From: Chiloscyllium plagiosum
Lineage: Eukaryota
Direction of reading: 5' to 3'
Length of the DNA: 64,000 nucleotides
NCBI RefSeq assembly: GCF_004010195.1
Contig: NC_057758.1
Coordinates: 83,872-147,871, forward strand
The first letter of the stretch is position 1. Every line of letters starts with the position of its first letter. This document shows, piece after piece, positions 36,116 through 50,209 of the stretch. The notes under the pieces are model-generated. The model searched no databases. It was not told where the DNA came from and saw nothing but the letters and a program-made list of their open reading frames with translations. Both the position numbers and the translations under genes were made by a program.

Positions 36116-39007
36116 GAGAGACAGCCTGACCATTCAATCTCGACAAACAATTGTGTTACCATCACTGAGTTTTGACCCATTCTTATTACAACATTCTGGA
36201 GGTTGCCTTTCTGCAGTAACTGAACTGGAGACATCTATATAAATCCAGTGGCGGCAAGAACAGGTCAGAGGTTGGAAATCCTGCAGCGATTAACTCACTT
36301 CCTGACATCCCCAGCAGATCCTGTCCCACCATCTACACGGCACAAATCAGCAGTGTGATGGAATACCCCTCACTTGCCTGGATGGGGGTGGGGGGAACTC
36401 CAACAAACATTCGACAAGTTCAACACTGTCTGACAAAGCACCCAGCCCCTCCCCACTCCATCCACATGTTCCCCTTTCTGCGTTTTTGCTCATTTCCCCA
36501 TTTGCAGATGCCAACGCCTTTCCAGCGCAGGGAACTCCAAAGTATCCATCAGCAGAGTCTCTTGGAACCCGAGTTCGTCCCCTCCACTAAATGAGATGCA
36601 ATCGGTAAATAGCCCTTTTCAGTTGTCCTCCCCGTAGGGCTTCCTGGTCCTATTGTCATATGAATGAGCTTTCAAGGTTGTCACCCTGCATTGGTCCTTC
36701 TGCAAGACATTTAGTCATCCCGTCTTCGTCCCGATCATTGGATTCACGAAAATACATGTTGGATTTTGTCCATTCAATTTTATTACGAGCATAGATCCCA
36801 TTCCAATTTGTACACAAACGATGATCCCTGTCCCCTCCGGATGCCTCGCTTAAATTTGCCCCACTACGATCCCAGGTGATCTCTTTCCCACGATCCTATC
36901 AACTCTTAGTGAGAGAATGGATATATTCTCTCTGTGTGTCTTGTGTGTCCCTCATTTCCTTCCCTCGTGTAAATGCTGCATGCGGCATTTCGCATTTTGT
37001 ACAGATGTTACCTTTACAGTCGTCCCTCTCGGGTAAATGATGAGGGGCATAGATGGACTAGACGAGAACAATCGTTTCCTTTCCTCGATTTGATTTGATT
37101 TGTTATTGTCACATGTACCGAGATAGAGTGAAACGTGTTGTTCCACGTGCTATCCAGAAATTGAATTGAATTGAATTAAACTTATTGTCACATGTACCGA
37201 GGCACAGTGAAAAGCTTTGTTTTTCAAGCAATACAGGCGGATTACATAGTTGAGGAGCAACGATACGCAAAAAATAGGTAAACAGCAGCAAAACCAAAAA
37301 CACAGGTCCAGGCGAATGTTAAGACTTTGTGAGTTGATTCAGTAAACTAACAACAATAGGGTAGAAACTGTTTCAAAATCGTACCAGATTTTAACACATC
37401 AGGTTAATTGAAGAGGTGAAGAATACGGTGTCTCACCAGTTCCAGATTCCTATCACCTTCTGGGTGACAATACTATTCCTCATTTATTGCAGTAAAGCAA
37501 CTGCTCCTTCCCTTAAGTCTATAATCCCTTCCTGAATCATTTACGTCGTGTTCCAGCTACAGAAAAGGTGCAGAGAAAGATAAGCTTTCATATTTGAGGA
37601 GTCTCTTTGTTAGTCTGATAACAACAGGAGAGAAGCTGCACACGAATCGTAGGGATGTTTTGTTCAAAGTTCTGCATCTTCTGCCGATGGAAGAGGGTGG
37701 AAGAGAGAATAACTGAGGTCGGAGGGGACTTGATCATACTGGTAACCTTCCCGAAGCAACTGGATCTGCAGATGGAGTCAACGGATGTAAGTTTGTTTTT
37801 CACGGTGGACTGTGCTGTTGTTTAAAACCCTTCAGAATTTCTTACAGTTGCTGGGATGCATCCAGATGGGATGCTTTCTGCAGTACACCCACAAAAACAT
37901 GTTAGTGGAATTTTTGTCGTGCTGAACGTCCTTAGCCTCCTGATGAAACAGAGACAGGTAGGGGTAGGGGCTTCCCTGACGGAATGATAAATGACCCGGG
38001 GGAGGTGGGTGTCTGTATAAGACACGGGCCAGGAGGTTTAGAGGGGGATGTAACGAAGAGCGTTTTCACCCAGACGGTGGGGGTATCAGGAACCGGTTAC
38101 CTGTAAGGTTGCCATAGTGCTGAAAACCACATCACACTGAAGGAGGAGTGATAATCTTGCAATGCCAAAGTAGATACGCTATTGGGTCAATTACTGGGAA
38201 TTGCTGTAATGTATGCAGGGCGAACGCTTGATGATCTGAAGGGCCTTTCGCTGTGTCTGGATCTCTGTGCCTAGCCATTCGTGCGCTGTCTCCACTGTGC
38301 TCGAATCCATCCGATGGTTTGATGACGGGAATTGTGCACAGCACCGCAGCGGGTCGCATCATGTCTGGGAGAGAGGTTTGGCACACCTTTTTGTGCTTTA
38401 CTCTCACATCCCTCGACACCCTTTACCTGTGGGTAAGGACATTCGACTCCCTTCTCCAAATAAAGAAGACGGGAGGACGATTGAGGCCATTCATCCCTAC
38501 AATCCAGTTCTGCCATTGAATTTGATCATGGCTGATTATTCAGCTCATTCCCCGTTCCCTGCTTTCTCCCCTGTACCTTTTAGACCCAAGAATGATACTT
38601 ATCTCCCTCTCGAAAAAACTCAATGTTTTCCCCCGACTGCTTTCAGTGGCAGAGAGTTCCACAGCGTTGCCCAGTCTCTGTGTGAAGACCATTCTCCTCA
38701 TCTCAGTTCTCCCCCGTTTCTTTCTGTCTCTGAACCTCTGATTCTGGTCCCCGGGAACATCCTTCCTGTGTTTACCGCTGTTCGGATTGCATAGGTTTCT
38801 GTGGGATCCCCACTCCTAATTCCTCTACATTCCCAGGGAATATTATCTTCTCCGATTCAGTCTCTGTTCAGACGTCATCCTAGCCCCCCGGATATCAGTC
38901 TGGGAAACTTTCGCTGCTCTGCCTGTTTTGCCAGAACATTCTTCCTCAGATGAGGAGACTCCAAAATTGCTCACACGATACTGCAGGGTTGGCTTTACCC
39001 TATACAA

Positions 39008-39286
39008 TTAGATTAGATTACTTACAGTGTGGAAACAGTCCCTTCGGCCTAACAAGTCCACACCAACCTGCCACCCATTCCCTTACATTTACCCCTTTAC
39101 CTAACACTATGGGCAATTTAGCATGGCCAATTCACCTAACCATCTTTGGACTGTGGGAGGAAACCCACGCAGACACGGGGAGAATGTGCAAACTCCACAC
39201 AGTCAGTCGCCTGAGTCGGGAATTGAACCCGGGTCTCTGGCGCTGTGAGGCAGCAGTGCTAACCACTGTGCCACCGTGCCGCCCAC
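39008..39286 (-). mobile_element. HE1/V-SINE-type SINE
   Basis: tRNA-like head and TCTAA tail. Absent from the paralogous sites near 22280 and 62855. Confidence 0.9.
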
Positions 39287-40747
39287 AATGTGTAGCAAGG
39301 CCAACCTGCTCCCAATCTCCAGTCCTCTCAGGATTAAAGTCCAAATCTCATTGACTTTCCTCACGTCTCACTGGATCAGTGAATGTGGCGTAAGGGGACA
39401 CCAGGATTATTTCACTGCCCCCGCTTCCCCGTGTATCACCATTCAGTAATTGACAATCTCAATTCAGATTAATTTGTATTTTCAACATCACGATCATCGA
39501 TACTAGTTCCCAGCTTCATAGCTTATCAGCAGGACTTCAATTCTCCGAGATACAGGGATGAGAATTGCGACCCGTATCTCCAAAGCATGAGCCCATTTCT
39601 CCTGCGTTCCGCTGGAGTGGTGTTACCAGTCAGGTCCTGTCTCCAGAGCTACGTTTCAGAGAGAAGGGGTGCCAGGCGATAGTGACTGCTTTCGATATCA
39701 AGTTTGTATTCGAACGAGTGTGCCATCAAAGGGGCCTCAGCAAAACTGTAATCAAAGTGTGTCTCGGGCCAATCTCTCCGGTGTTTGTACTCATATCTGG
39801 CACAGAGAAAGATGGCCATAGTTTTTGGAACTGAATCATCTCAGCTCCAGGAAATCTATGCATTTGCTCCTCAAGGTATTGTCCTGCATCTAATCATCTT
39901 GTGCTGTTTCACCAATGTACTTCCCGTTGATTAAAAGAAAAGATAATTGGAGATGTTCGCCGATCATTGCACAATGCTCATCACCATACAAGACTCACCA
40001 GATACTGAAGCAGACCAGGGTCAGCGCAACAAGTTCTAGACAATATCCGGGCTTGGAGATTTAATACCTTACCTTTTCGTTAGAGAGAAGGAGGTTGAGG
40101 GATGATTTAATTGAAGCATAAAAGATAATGAGAGGGTTAGATAGGGTGGACAGTGAGAGCTGTTTTCTTCAGATGGCTCGTACGAGAGGATGCCATTTAA
40201 ATTGAAGGGTGATAGGTATAGGGCAAATGTCAGTGGTAATTTATTTACTCAAAGAGTAGTCGGTGCGAATGCCCTGCCTGGAACAGTAGTAGACTCGCCA
40301 ATATTAAGGGCATTTAGTGGTCATTGGATAGCCGTATCGGTGAAAATGGAATTGTGCAGGTTAGATGGGCTTCAGATAGGTTCCACAGATCGGCGCAACA
40401 TTTTACACTGTAATGATCTATGTTCTATGTCCTATCTTTCATGTGAAAGCCCGTGCAGTGCTCTTTGGGGCGAGTTCCAGGACATTGACCCCGGAAGGCC
40501 TGTAGGATTGTATGATGTCGTACCAAGTCAGAATAGTCCTGTTGTGGAATGGGATAGGGGTGTTACTCGGAGGGGAACTTGCAGGGGGTGCTGCTCCCCC
40601 TCGCTCGTCTGCTTCCCCTCACCCTTCTATGGTGTAAGAGGGGTTGCGTTTTGAAGGTGCTGACATTTGAAGTAGCCTTGGTGTGATGTATAGATGGTAC
40701 ACACTGTGGCCACTGTGCATTTGATGGTGGACAGAGTGAGGGTTGAA

Positions 40748-41087
40748 AGTGGGGGTCAGCGCATCAATTGAATGGAGGGGTGGAGCCTGCTTTGTTCTGG
40801 TGGCGCAGAGATTCTCAAATGTGTCGGAGCAGATCGAAGAGATGACCGAAATATCTCTCCTTCATATTCAGTGGTGACACCCTTATTGTTTTCCCCACAC
40901 TATCACCATCCGGGGGGAGTGGGGGTCAGCGCATCAATTGAATGGAGGGGGTGGAGCCTGCTTTGTTCTGGTGGCGCAGAGATTCTCAAATGTGTAGGAG
41001 CAGATCGAAGAGATGACCGAAATATCTCTCCTTCATATCCAGTGGTGACACCCTTATTGTTTTCCCCACACTATCACCATCCGGGGG
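40748..41087. repeat. 170-bp near-identical tandem duplication
   Basis: AGTGGGGGTCAGCGCATCAATTG occurs at 40748 and 40918. Confidence 0.92.
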
Positions 41088-41707
41088 GTTCACATTGAGA
41101 GAGACACTAACCATAACCCGCTTGACATTTAGCGGTGTTTACAACACTGAAGTCACAGCACCTGGCCCCGCCCAACAAAATCAACATTCAGGGGGTTATC
41201 ACTGGGAGAGAATCCAAACATCACCACTTAGTGTTGAATGGTATCACCATCTCTGAATCACATGACTGTCATAATCGCGACCATTCATGGCTCCATAGGT
41301 ACTGTTATAGTGTGAATCCAAAAGTAGCTTGACCTGGACACAATATACATGCTTTGGGTCACAATTAGCAAAGGTTCTGTGGATTTTGGTCGCACAAAGA
41401 GACCTCGGGATGTTGATTAATCGTTCCTTAACATCGCAAGGACAGGACAGTGATGAACGTGATTAACTTTATTGATCAGCGCACTGAGTGTAAGAGTTGG
41501 GAGGTCATGCTGTGGCTATACAGAACATTGGCTAGGCCACTTTTAGAATATTGAACGCAGTTATAATTTCCCTCCTACAGGAAGGATGTTGTGAAACTTG
41601 AAAAGGTTCAGAAACGTTTTCAGAGAATGTTGCCAGGATTGCAGTTGTTGAGCTATATGGGGAGGATGAATAACCTGGAGTTGTTTTGCCTGCAGCGCCG
41701 TTGGCTG

Positions 41708-43065
41708 AGGGGTGACCTTAGAGATGTGTATAAAAATCATGACGCGAGTGCATAAGATAAGGTAACTCAAGGTCTGATCACTGGGGTGGGGTAGACCAGG
41801 ACTAGAGGGCAAATGTTTAAGTTGAGGGGGGAAAGATTTAAATGGAATGAAAGGGGCAACTTGATCATGGAAAGCGTAGTGCCTGTATGCAACGAACTGC
41901 CAGAGGAAGTGATGGAGGCTGGTACAGGGCAGTTGTTTGCGTATATGAATAGGAAGATTTAGATGGATATGGGCCATGTGCTGGAAAGTGGGATTCATTC
42001 ACACAAAACAAAACAAATAAACAAGCACATTTGATGAATGTGAATTGTGTTGACATCTCACTCTTTGGAAAGTAAATTTATTGAGCTTGTGGAAGAACAG
42101 AACCTTTGGAGATGATACAATATTCAATGAGGCAAAGAAGACATTACAACACGTCGTTAGGAATTCTCTATCAAGTTGGAATCATTCTGTAGAATGGAGA
42201 GGAAAATGAGGTTGGCACACTGTCAGAGCCAATGTCTCAGTTTCCGTGTCTCACTCTGTCTCCCTCAGTCTCCATAACTCTTTAATTTTTCTCTTTCCTT
42301 TCCTCTTGATCTTCCCATCTCTCTTTTTCTCTCTCTGGCTCTCTCTGACTCAATGACACTGTCTCGCTTCTGTCTCTCTCTCTCTCTCAGGGGTGACCTT
42401 AGAGATGTGTATAAAAATCATGACGGGAGTGCATAAGATAAGGTAACTCAAGGTCTGATCACTGGAGTGGGGTAGACCAGGACTAGAGGGCAAATGTTTA
42501 GGTTGAGAGGGGAAAGATTTAAATGGAATGAAAGGGGCAACTTGATCATGGAAAGCGTAGTGCCTGTATGGAACGAACTGCCAGAGGAAGTGATGGAGGC
42601 TGGTACAGGGCAGTTGTTTGCGTATATGAATAGGAAGATTTAGATGGATATGGGCCATGTGCTGGAAAGTGGGATTCATTCACACAAAACAAATCAAATA
42701 AACAAGCACATTTGATGAATGTGAATTGTGTTGACATCTCACTCTTTGGAAAGTAAATTTATTGAGCTTGTGGAAGAGCAGAACCTTTGGAAATGATACA
42801 GTATTCAATGAGGCAAAAACGACATTACACCACGTCGTTAGGAATTCTCTATCAAGTTGGAATCATTCTGTAGAATGGAGAGGAAAATGAGGTTGGCACA
42901 CTGTCAGAGCCTCTGTCTCAGTTTCCGTGTCTCACTCTGTCTCCCTCAGTCTCCATCACTCTTTAATTTTTCTCTTTCCTTTCCTCTTGATCTTCCCATC
43001 TCTCTTTTTCTCTCTCTGGCTCTCTCTGACTCAATAACACTGTCTCGCTTCTGTCTCTCTCTCTC
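41708..43065. repeat. About 681-bp near-identical tandem duplication (LINE 3' end, unique sequence and CT tract)
   Basis: AGGGGTGACCTTAGAGATGTG occurs at 41708 and 42389. ORFs 41561..41998 and 42350..42679 are paired. Confidence 0.92.
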
Positions 43066-43439
43066 CCACCCCCCACCCCCCACCCCTCTCTCTCGCTCTC
43101 TCTGTCTGCGACTCTTATTCTGCTTTTCTATCTCTGATCTCTCCATGTATCTCTTTCTGTCTCTTTCCCACCTGCCCGGTTCTCTCTCATTCCTTCTTCC
43201 TGCTTCTGTCTCCTTCTAAACCCTTTCTCTCTCTTCCGCTTTCTGTATCTCTCTCCCCATATCACCCTCTGTCTGTTTTTTTCTGCTTGCTTAACTGACT
43301 CTCTTTGCCTCTCTCGCGCTCTCCCTGTCACAATCTCAGATCCCACCATGCTCCTTCTTTTGGCTCTCTCGCTTGCTGACGATCTGTCTGTCTTCCTCAC
43401 TGTACCTGTCATTCTGTGTACTTCTCGTTCTCTGCAGCC

Positions 43440-44760
43440 TATGGATTGCAGGGAAATAGATGGTGACATCTCGCAAAATGTCCAGATTACAGAGGAGGAA
43501 GTTCTGGATGCCTTGAAACTGTTAAAGCTGGATAAATCCCCAGGACATGATGAGGTGTATCCGAGAACTCTGTGGGAAGGTAGAAAAGTGATTGCTGGGC
43601 CACTTGCTGAGATGTTTGTACCATCGATAGTCACAGGTGTGGTGCCAGAAGACTGGAGGTTGGCAAACGTGGTGCCACTGTTTAAGAAGGGCCGTAAAGA
43701 CAAGTCAGAGAACTATAGACCAGTGAGCCTGACCTCAGTGGTGGGCAAGTTGTTGGTGAGCGACAGGATGTACATGTATTTGGAAAGGCAAGGACGGATT
43801 AGGGATAGTCAACATGTCTTTGTGCGTGGGAAATCATTTCTCGCAAATTGGTTGAGTTTTTTGAAGAAGTAACAAAGAAGATTGATGAGGGTAGAGCAGT
43901 AGATGTGATCTATATGGACTTCAGTAAGGCTTTCGACAAGGTTTCCCATGGGAAGCTGATTAGCAAAGTTAGATATCATGGAATACAGGGAGAACTAGCC
44001 AGTTGGATACAGAACTGGCTCAAAGATAGAAGACAGAGGGTGATGGTGGAGTGTTGTTTTTCAGACTGGAGACCTGTGACCAGTGGAGTGCCACAAGGAT
44101 CGATGCTGGGCCCTCTAGATTTTGTCATTGACATAAATGATTTGGATGCGTGTATAATAGGTACAGTTAGTAAGTTTGCAGATGACACCAAAATTGGAGG
44201 TGTAGTGGACAGCGAAAACCAAAATTGGAGGTGTAGTGGACAGCGAAAAGGGTTACCTCAGATTACAACAGGACCTGGACTAGATGGGACAATGGGCTGA
44301 GAAGTGGCAGATGGAGTTTAACTCAGATAAATGCGAGGTGCTGCATTTTGGTAAAGCAAATCATAGCAAGACTTAATGGTAACTACCTAGGGAGTGTTGA
44401 TGAACAAAGAGACCTTGAAGTGCAGGTTCATAGCTCCTTGAAAGTGGAGGCGCAGGTAGGTAGGATAGTTGACAAGGCGTTTGGTATGCTTTCCTTTATT
44501 GGTCAGAGTATTGAGTACAGGAATTGGGAGGTTATGTTGCGGCTGTAAATGACATTGGTTTAGGCCACTTCCAGCACCACTGATCCAGAATCTGGTTTCC
44601 AGCATCTGCAGTCATTGTTTTTACCTATATGATTAGGGATGGTTTGGAGGAATTGTGCTGGCAGATGGGATTAGATTGGGCTGGGATATCTAAACGGCAT
44701 TGACATGTTGGACCAAAAGGTTTATTTCCATTCTGTACATCTCTATGACTATATGACTCT
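43440..44760 (+). mobile_element. CR1-like LINE RT fragment with an internal 31-bp tandem duplication (44187-44248)
   Basis: [55 protein letters not shown]. Absent from the paralogous CT tract near 24950. Confidence 0.93.
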
Positions 44761-44830
44761 GTCTGACCATAGTGAGTGTCGATCGTTAATCTCGCGAATG
44801 CCTATTGACTGGTCAGAATTATAGAGAATG

Positions 44831-46198
44831 TTAGACTTCTGATTCTTTTTTAATCATCAGTTGTATTAATCGAGAAATTATTTCACGGAGCATTCCTATG
44901 GGATATCTCAAGGCAATTATAAACTGTTTTCTGAACCTAGTCTGAGTCACAGCATAAATCCCAGTATTAGTGCAGCAACTCAGCAACTGCAGTATGAAGT
45001 TTAATTTCATAACAAAAATGTGTAGTTACATCGTTTGCAGGTACAACCAGTGCATGCGGATCCATACGGAATAGAACATTAATAATGACCACAACAGAAC
45101 GAAATTGGCCGAGACAAACAGCAATAAAAGGATGGAATTTCTTCGGCTCACCATGTGTGGGTCTGTGGGACTCGCCCCACTGCTGAGTGCCCGGAGTCTC
45201 TTGCAGCCTCTGCTGGTCACGATAATGTGCCTGACAGTGAGAATATTGCACAACAGGATTAGGACGAATGGTATGCCAGGGGTAAGAATGCTGTAGACGA
45301 ACTCCATTCCTACCCAGAATGGCGAATTAATCGCATAGCGTCTAATCAGACAAAACCAGGGTTGGTTCACCAACACATACCACTCCGTCAACATGAAGTA
45401 CCAGAAAATGTTCTTTAAACAGCTCAGCACATTCACTGTCCCCAGAACCACAGCCGCCGTTCTCTCACTGCAGTATTTACTTTTCAGCTTCTGGCAACAA
45501 ATGGCAACAAATCGGTCAAAGGTGAAAGTGACAGTGAACCAGACTGAACAGTCAGTAGCTGCATAGAGCAGGACAGCATGGATATTACACAAGGGGATGG
45601 ACTCCAAGAAATGAATGCGATCTTTAAAAGTAATTGGAATGTGCCTCAATATTAGATCGGGAACACTAACCAGTAGGTCACTAAATGACATGGCGACCAT
45701 GTAGCTGGTGATGCATTTAGAGAGACCACAATTTCCCTTACACAGGATCACTATCGTCACTAGGTTAGCTGTGTGGAAGGAAAACATAGAGGGATATCAG
45801 AAGTCCGTTTGGACACAAGGTAATAATTTAACTCATCATCAATTCACAGTCTTAAATGTGCCGTTTTGCAACTATTATATTTGAATGATAGCACCCATGA
45901 CTGATTATGCACTGGAGATCAGAATGGTCAGAAATTAAACATCAAAAAAGGATTTTAAAAAGCAGTAGAAGTGTTGTAGTGGAAATTGAGCATAGATTTC
46001 TAGTAAACGTAAAAGGGACACTAACAATATCAAAAATTGGAGTCCAATTGATTTGGACAAGTTCATACAGAAATTGAATGGTTAGCTAAGCTGGCAACTA
46101 TAGTTTGAAAGATGATTAAGCAAATGTGGAAATATGTCTGCTATTGTGACACTCCAATAAATTTGTCTTACATTCCATTCCCTCCTCTGTCTATGCAT
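44831..46198 (-). pseudogene. GPR139-like GPCR pseudogene, copy 4 (exon 2 at 45768-44831 with a single premature stop; decayed proximal exon at 46198 to about 46012)
   Basis: ORF 45026..45787 is closely similar to copy 2. TAC to TAA at 45028-45026, after which the frame continues LHIFVMKLNFILQLLSCCTNTGIYAVTQTRFRKQ to a TAA at 44833-44831. Confidence 0.88.
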
Positions 46199-46283
46199 CC
46201 ATAGCTTAGATTCTCGCTATTGTTGGAGGTGAAGTTCTCACACGCACTCAGAGTTGACACTTTGAGAGAAGCTCCCCATAACA

Positions 46284-46783
46284 NNNNNNNNNNNNNNNNN
46301 NNNNNNNNNNNNNNNNNNNNNNNNNNNNNNNNNNNNNNNNNNNNNNNNNNNNNNNNNNNNNNNNNNNNNNNNNNNNNNNNNNNNNNNNNNNNNNNNNNNN
46401 NNNNNNNNNNNNNNNNNNNNNNNNNNNNNNNNNNNNNNNNNNNNNNNNNNNNNNNNNNNNNNNNNNNNNNNNNNNNNNNNNNNNNNNNNNNNNNNNNNNN
46501 NNNNNNNNNNNNNNNNNNNNNNNNNNNNNNNNNNNNNNNNNNNNNNNNNNNNNNNNNNNNNNNNNNNNNNNNNNNNNNNNNNNNNNNNNNNNNNNNNNNN
46601 NNNNNNNNNNNNNNNNNNNNNNNNNNNNNNNNNNNNNNNNNNNNNNNNNNNNNNNNNNNNNNNNNNNNNNNNNNNNNNNNNNNNNNNNNNNNNNNNNNNN
46701 NNNNNNNNNNNNNNNNNNNNNNNNNNNNNNNNNNNNNNNNNNNNNNNNNNNNNNNNNNNNNNNNNNNNNNNNNNNNNNNNNNN
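46284..46783. other. Assembly gap (500 N)
   Basis: Run of N. Confidence 1.
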
Positions 46784-47430
46784 TGTGGTTTGTTTCCACT
46801 TGGATTGTGTGGAGTGGAAGTGAATGGGAGGGGCTTTGAGTCTATTGGGACTTTGGAGGTAGAGACTGAATTGAAAAGGGGTTTGTGTTCATTCAGATTA
46901 CGTGGAGTTTGGAGTGAACAGGAAAGGGGACTGGTTGCATTGGGATTGTGCAGAATGGGAGTGAATGGGAAGTGACTTGGGTCCATGGGGATTGCATTAA
47001 ATGGGATTGAACGGAAGTGGGTTTTAGTCCGATGGAATTGGTGTGAATGGGATGTGATTTCTGTCCATTGCGTTGGCATAGAGTGGGAGTGAGCGGGAAG
47101 GGGTTTGGGTCCATTAGAAATGTGCAGAATGGGAGTGAATGGGGATAGGTCTCGGATCATTTGGATTATATAGAATGGGAGTGAATGAGAAGGGGCTTCG
47201 GATCATTTCGATTATGTGGAATGGGAGTGATTGATAAGGGGTTTCGGATATTTGCATTATGTAGAATAAGAGTGAATGGGAAGGGGTTTCGGATCATTTG
47301 GTTTGTGTTGAGTGGGAATGGATTGGAAGGGTTTTGAGCCCTTTTGGATTGTGTGGAGCGGGACTGAACGGGAATGAGTTTTTGTCCGAATGGTATTGTG
47401 TAGCTTGCGAGTGAACTGGGAGGGGTCCGG
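46784..47430. repeat. G-rich satellite, about 45-bp unit, paralogous to 7885-8425
   Basis: Colinear match starting TTTGTTTCCA-TTGGATTGTGT. Confidence 0.85.
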
Positions 47431-47689
47431 CGACATTTTCATCAAAACTGATGTTGACACCCCTCTGAGAGCATGAACCGAAACAGTCAAAGAGGAAAAT
47501 ATCACTCTATAATCTGTCAAAGGAGAGTGAAGGGTTTTGCAGCCTGTTTTTCAGCAACCGCTGGTGGTTGAGTAAAATAAATCCCTCACACTGACTATAA
47601 AATCAGCAAGTAGAAACTCATTTGTCTATCTCAGTGAGCAAATGAAATAAACTATTAACAAAACCGAATAAGTCCCTTCTGGCTACTAA

Positions 47690-49110
47690 CTACCAGGACT
47701 GTACATAATTCTCCAAGTGCGGCTGCACCAGAGTTTTGTGCAGCTGTAATATGATCTCCTGGCGCCGAAACTCAATCCCTCTGCTAATAAAAAAATAACA
47801 AATCGGATGCCTTCTGAACAAACCTACCAACCTGGCTAGCAACTTTCAGGGAACTATGCACATGGCATCGAGATCTTTCTGTTCATCCACGTGATCAAGT
47901 ATCCGACCAATCGTCCAGTAAATTTTATTCATGTTACTCCTTCCAAAGGGAATCAACTCCCACCTTTTTGCGTTAAACTCCATTTGATACCCCTCAGCCC
48001 AGCTCTGCAGCTTAAGGATGACCCTCTGCAACTTCCAAATCCCTCTGCACTATGCACAACTCCACTGATCTTAGTGTCATCCACACATTTACTAACCTAT
48101 CCTTCTACACCCTGATCCAGATCATTATACAAATGACAAAGAGCAGCGGTGCCAAAACAGATCCTTGCGGGACACCACTTGTAACCGAACTCCAGGATGA
48201 AAATTTCCCATCAACCACCACCATCTGTCTTCTTACGGCTAGGCAATTTCTGATCCGAACCACTTAAAGCACCCTCAATTCCATATCTCTGTGTTTTCTG
48301 CAATAGCCTACTGTGGGAAACCCTATCAAACGCTTTACTGAAATCCAAGTACACCATATCAACTGCTTTACCCTCATCCACCTGTTTGGTCACCTTCACA
48401 AAGAACTCAATAAGGTTTGTGACCTACCCTTCACAAACCTATGTTGAGTATCCCTAATTAAAATATCCCTTTCTAGATGATTAGAAATCCGATCTCTGAT
48501 AATCCTTTCCCAAACGTTACCCATTACTGATGTCAAGCTCACTGTTCTGTAATTGCCAGGTTTATCTCTACAGCCCTTCTCGAACAAGGAGACGACATTT
48601 GATATCCTCAAGCCTTCTGGCACTATTAATGTAGACAATGACGACAAACATTCTCTTCCCTAGCTTCCAAGAGAATCCTCGGGTACATCACATCCGGCCC
48701 AAGGGACTTAGCTATTTTCATACATTCCAAATTATTAACATCTCCTGTTTATGAATCTCAATCCCACCAAGTCCAGTAGCATGTATTTCAGTATTGTCCT
48801 TGACAACACTGTGTTTTTCCAGTGTGAAAATTGACAAAAGATATTCAGTTAACATCTCTCCTAACTCTTTGGACTCGATGCACAACTTCTCACTATTGTC
48901 CCTGACTGGGCCTCATTTACTTCAGTCATTCTTTTAATCCTGACATATCTGCGGAAAGTTTTCGGGTTTAACCATGGTTCCCTCCCTCGACACTGCCTCC
49001 CTGCCTGACAGGTGCGTACTTACATGCAGTAGCAGTCCCATGAACAATTTTCCACATTTGAATTGTGCCAATTCCCTGCAGTTTCCTTCCCCTTCCTATG
49101 CATCCTAAAT
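47690..49110 (-). mobile_element. Degenerate CR1-like LINE RT fragment, paralogous to 8725-10330
   Basis: DKPGNYRTVSLTSVMG and VDEGKAVDMVYLDFSKAFDRV. Confidence 0.88.
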
Positions 49111-49229
49111 CGGATGAGATTTAGTCACGGCGTTCACTTTCCAAAAACAATGCAGACTTTCCCAACTTCCCAAATTCTATATTCAATGCCCTGACTCCTG
49201 AAAGACGTTCTCTTAAGTCTCTTATTGGA

Positions 49230-50209
49230 TGCTGATCCCTGCTGCCTTAAAGCTTCTATGTTTGTATTTACCTGTTTGCCAAGGGATGTGTTCATGGGAT
49301 GCTACTGTATTGGAGCAGTTAATTAGTAATAGTTAGTGCATTGGGTCAGTTAGGTTTTCCGATAGTTCTCCAACACATTCCACATTGCACTTACATTTTA
49401 ATTATTTTTAACGGTTATTTTCTTTTGCATTTTATTAAACAATACACAGCTTACAAAACAATTAACACTAGCAGCTGTATACAGAGAAACAGCCCTTTTA
49501 CAAGCAGCAAAGCCAGGCTCCAAACCCCATGTTCAACCAGCTTTCAGGAAATGAGGACAGATCTCAGATCGCACTTTCAATTACCACAAAGCAGTAACAA
49601 ATACATGCAAGACAGTCCAATTACATAAAAAAAAACATTGCATAAAATGCAGACCGGCCTTCAACATTCCAGCCACTCTAAGGCAGCCCACCCCTACGCC
49701 TCTTCGAACTCTCAGTCTGCCCCATGCCCTTTCCGGTTCTCAGTCCGCCCTGAGACACCTGCCGGCCACCTCTACGACAGCCCGTCCTGCTTCCCCAACG
49801 TCCTCCCCACCCAGGATGACAGTGGTCAGGACGGCCTACTCACATTCTGGCTTCCCTAATCGCACTCCACACCTTCTGGCCACTTCTAGGACAGCCTGTC
49901 CCGGTATCTGCACGGGGTGACAGTGCTGAGGACAGCCTACCCACATTCTGGCTCTCAGTCTGCCCCTACCTACCATATGGCTCTCGCCCACCCTAATGTG
50001 CCAACCGGCCTTTGGACTGCCCTGCACTTTCATTTTATCGTGTTTCGACTGTAGTGTTTAAATAAATTTTGTTTTGCTTACAGCCGAATGGTTTGACCAG
50101 CTGCAACACTCCTGGAACACCCACTTTACCTGCCTTTAAAATAAGCAAACGTTAGGGAGGAGGCTACTATCTTAAAATATTTTCAGGGGATCTGGTCTGG
50201 TCCATAACA
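49230..50209 (+). mobile_element. Probable LTR-type repeat fragment with a nested insertion at about 49366-50030
   Basis: Block absent from the paralogous site near 10450. It contains AATAAA at about 50061 and ends ...GGTCCATAACA, an LTR-like 3' terminus. The class assignment is inferred. Confidence 0.4.
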
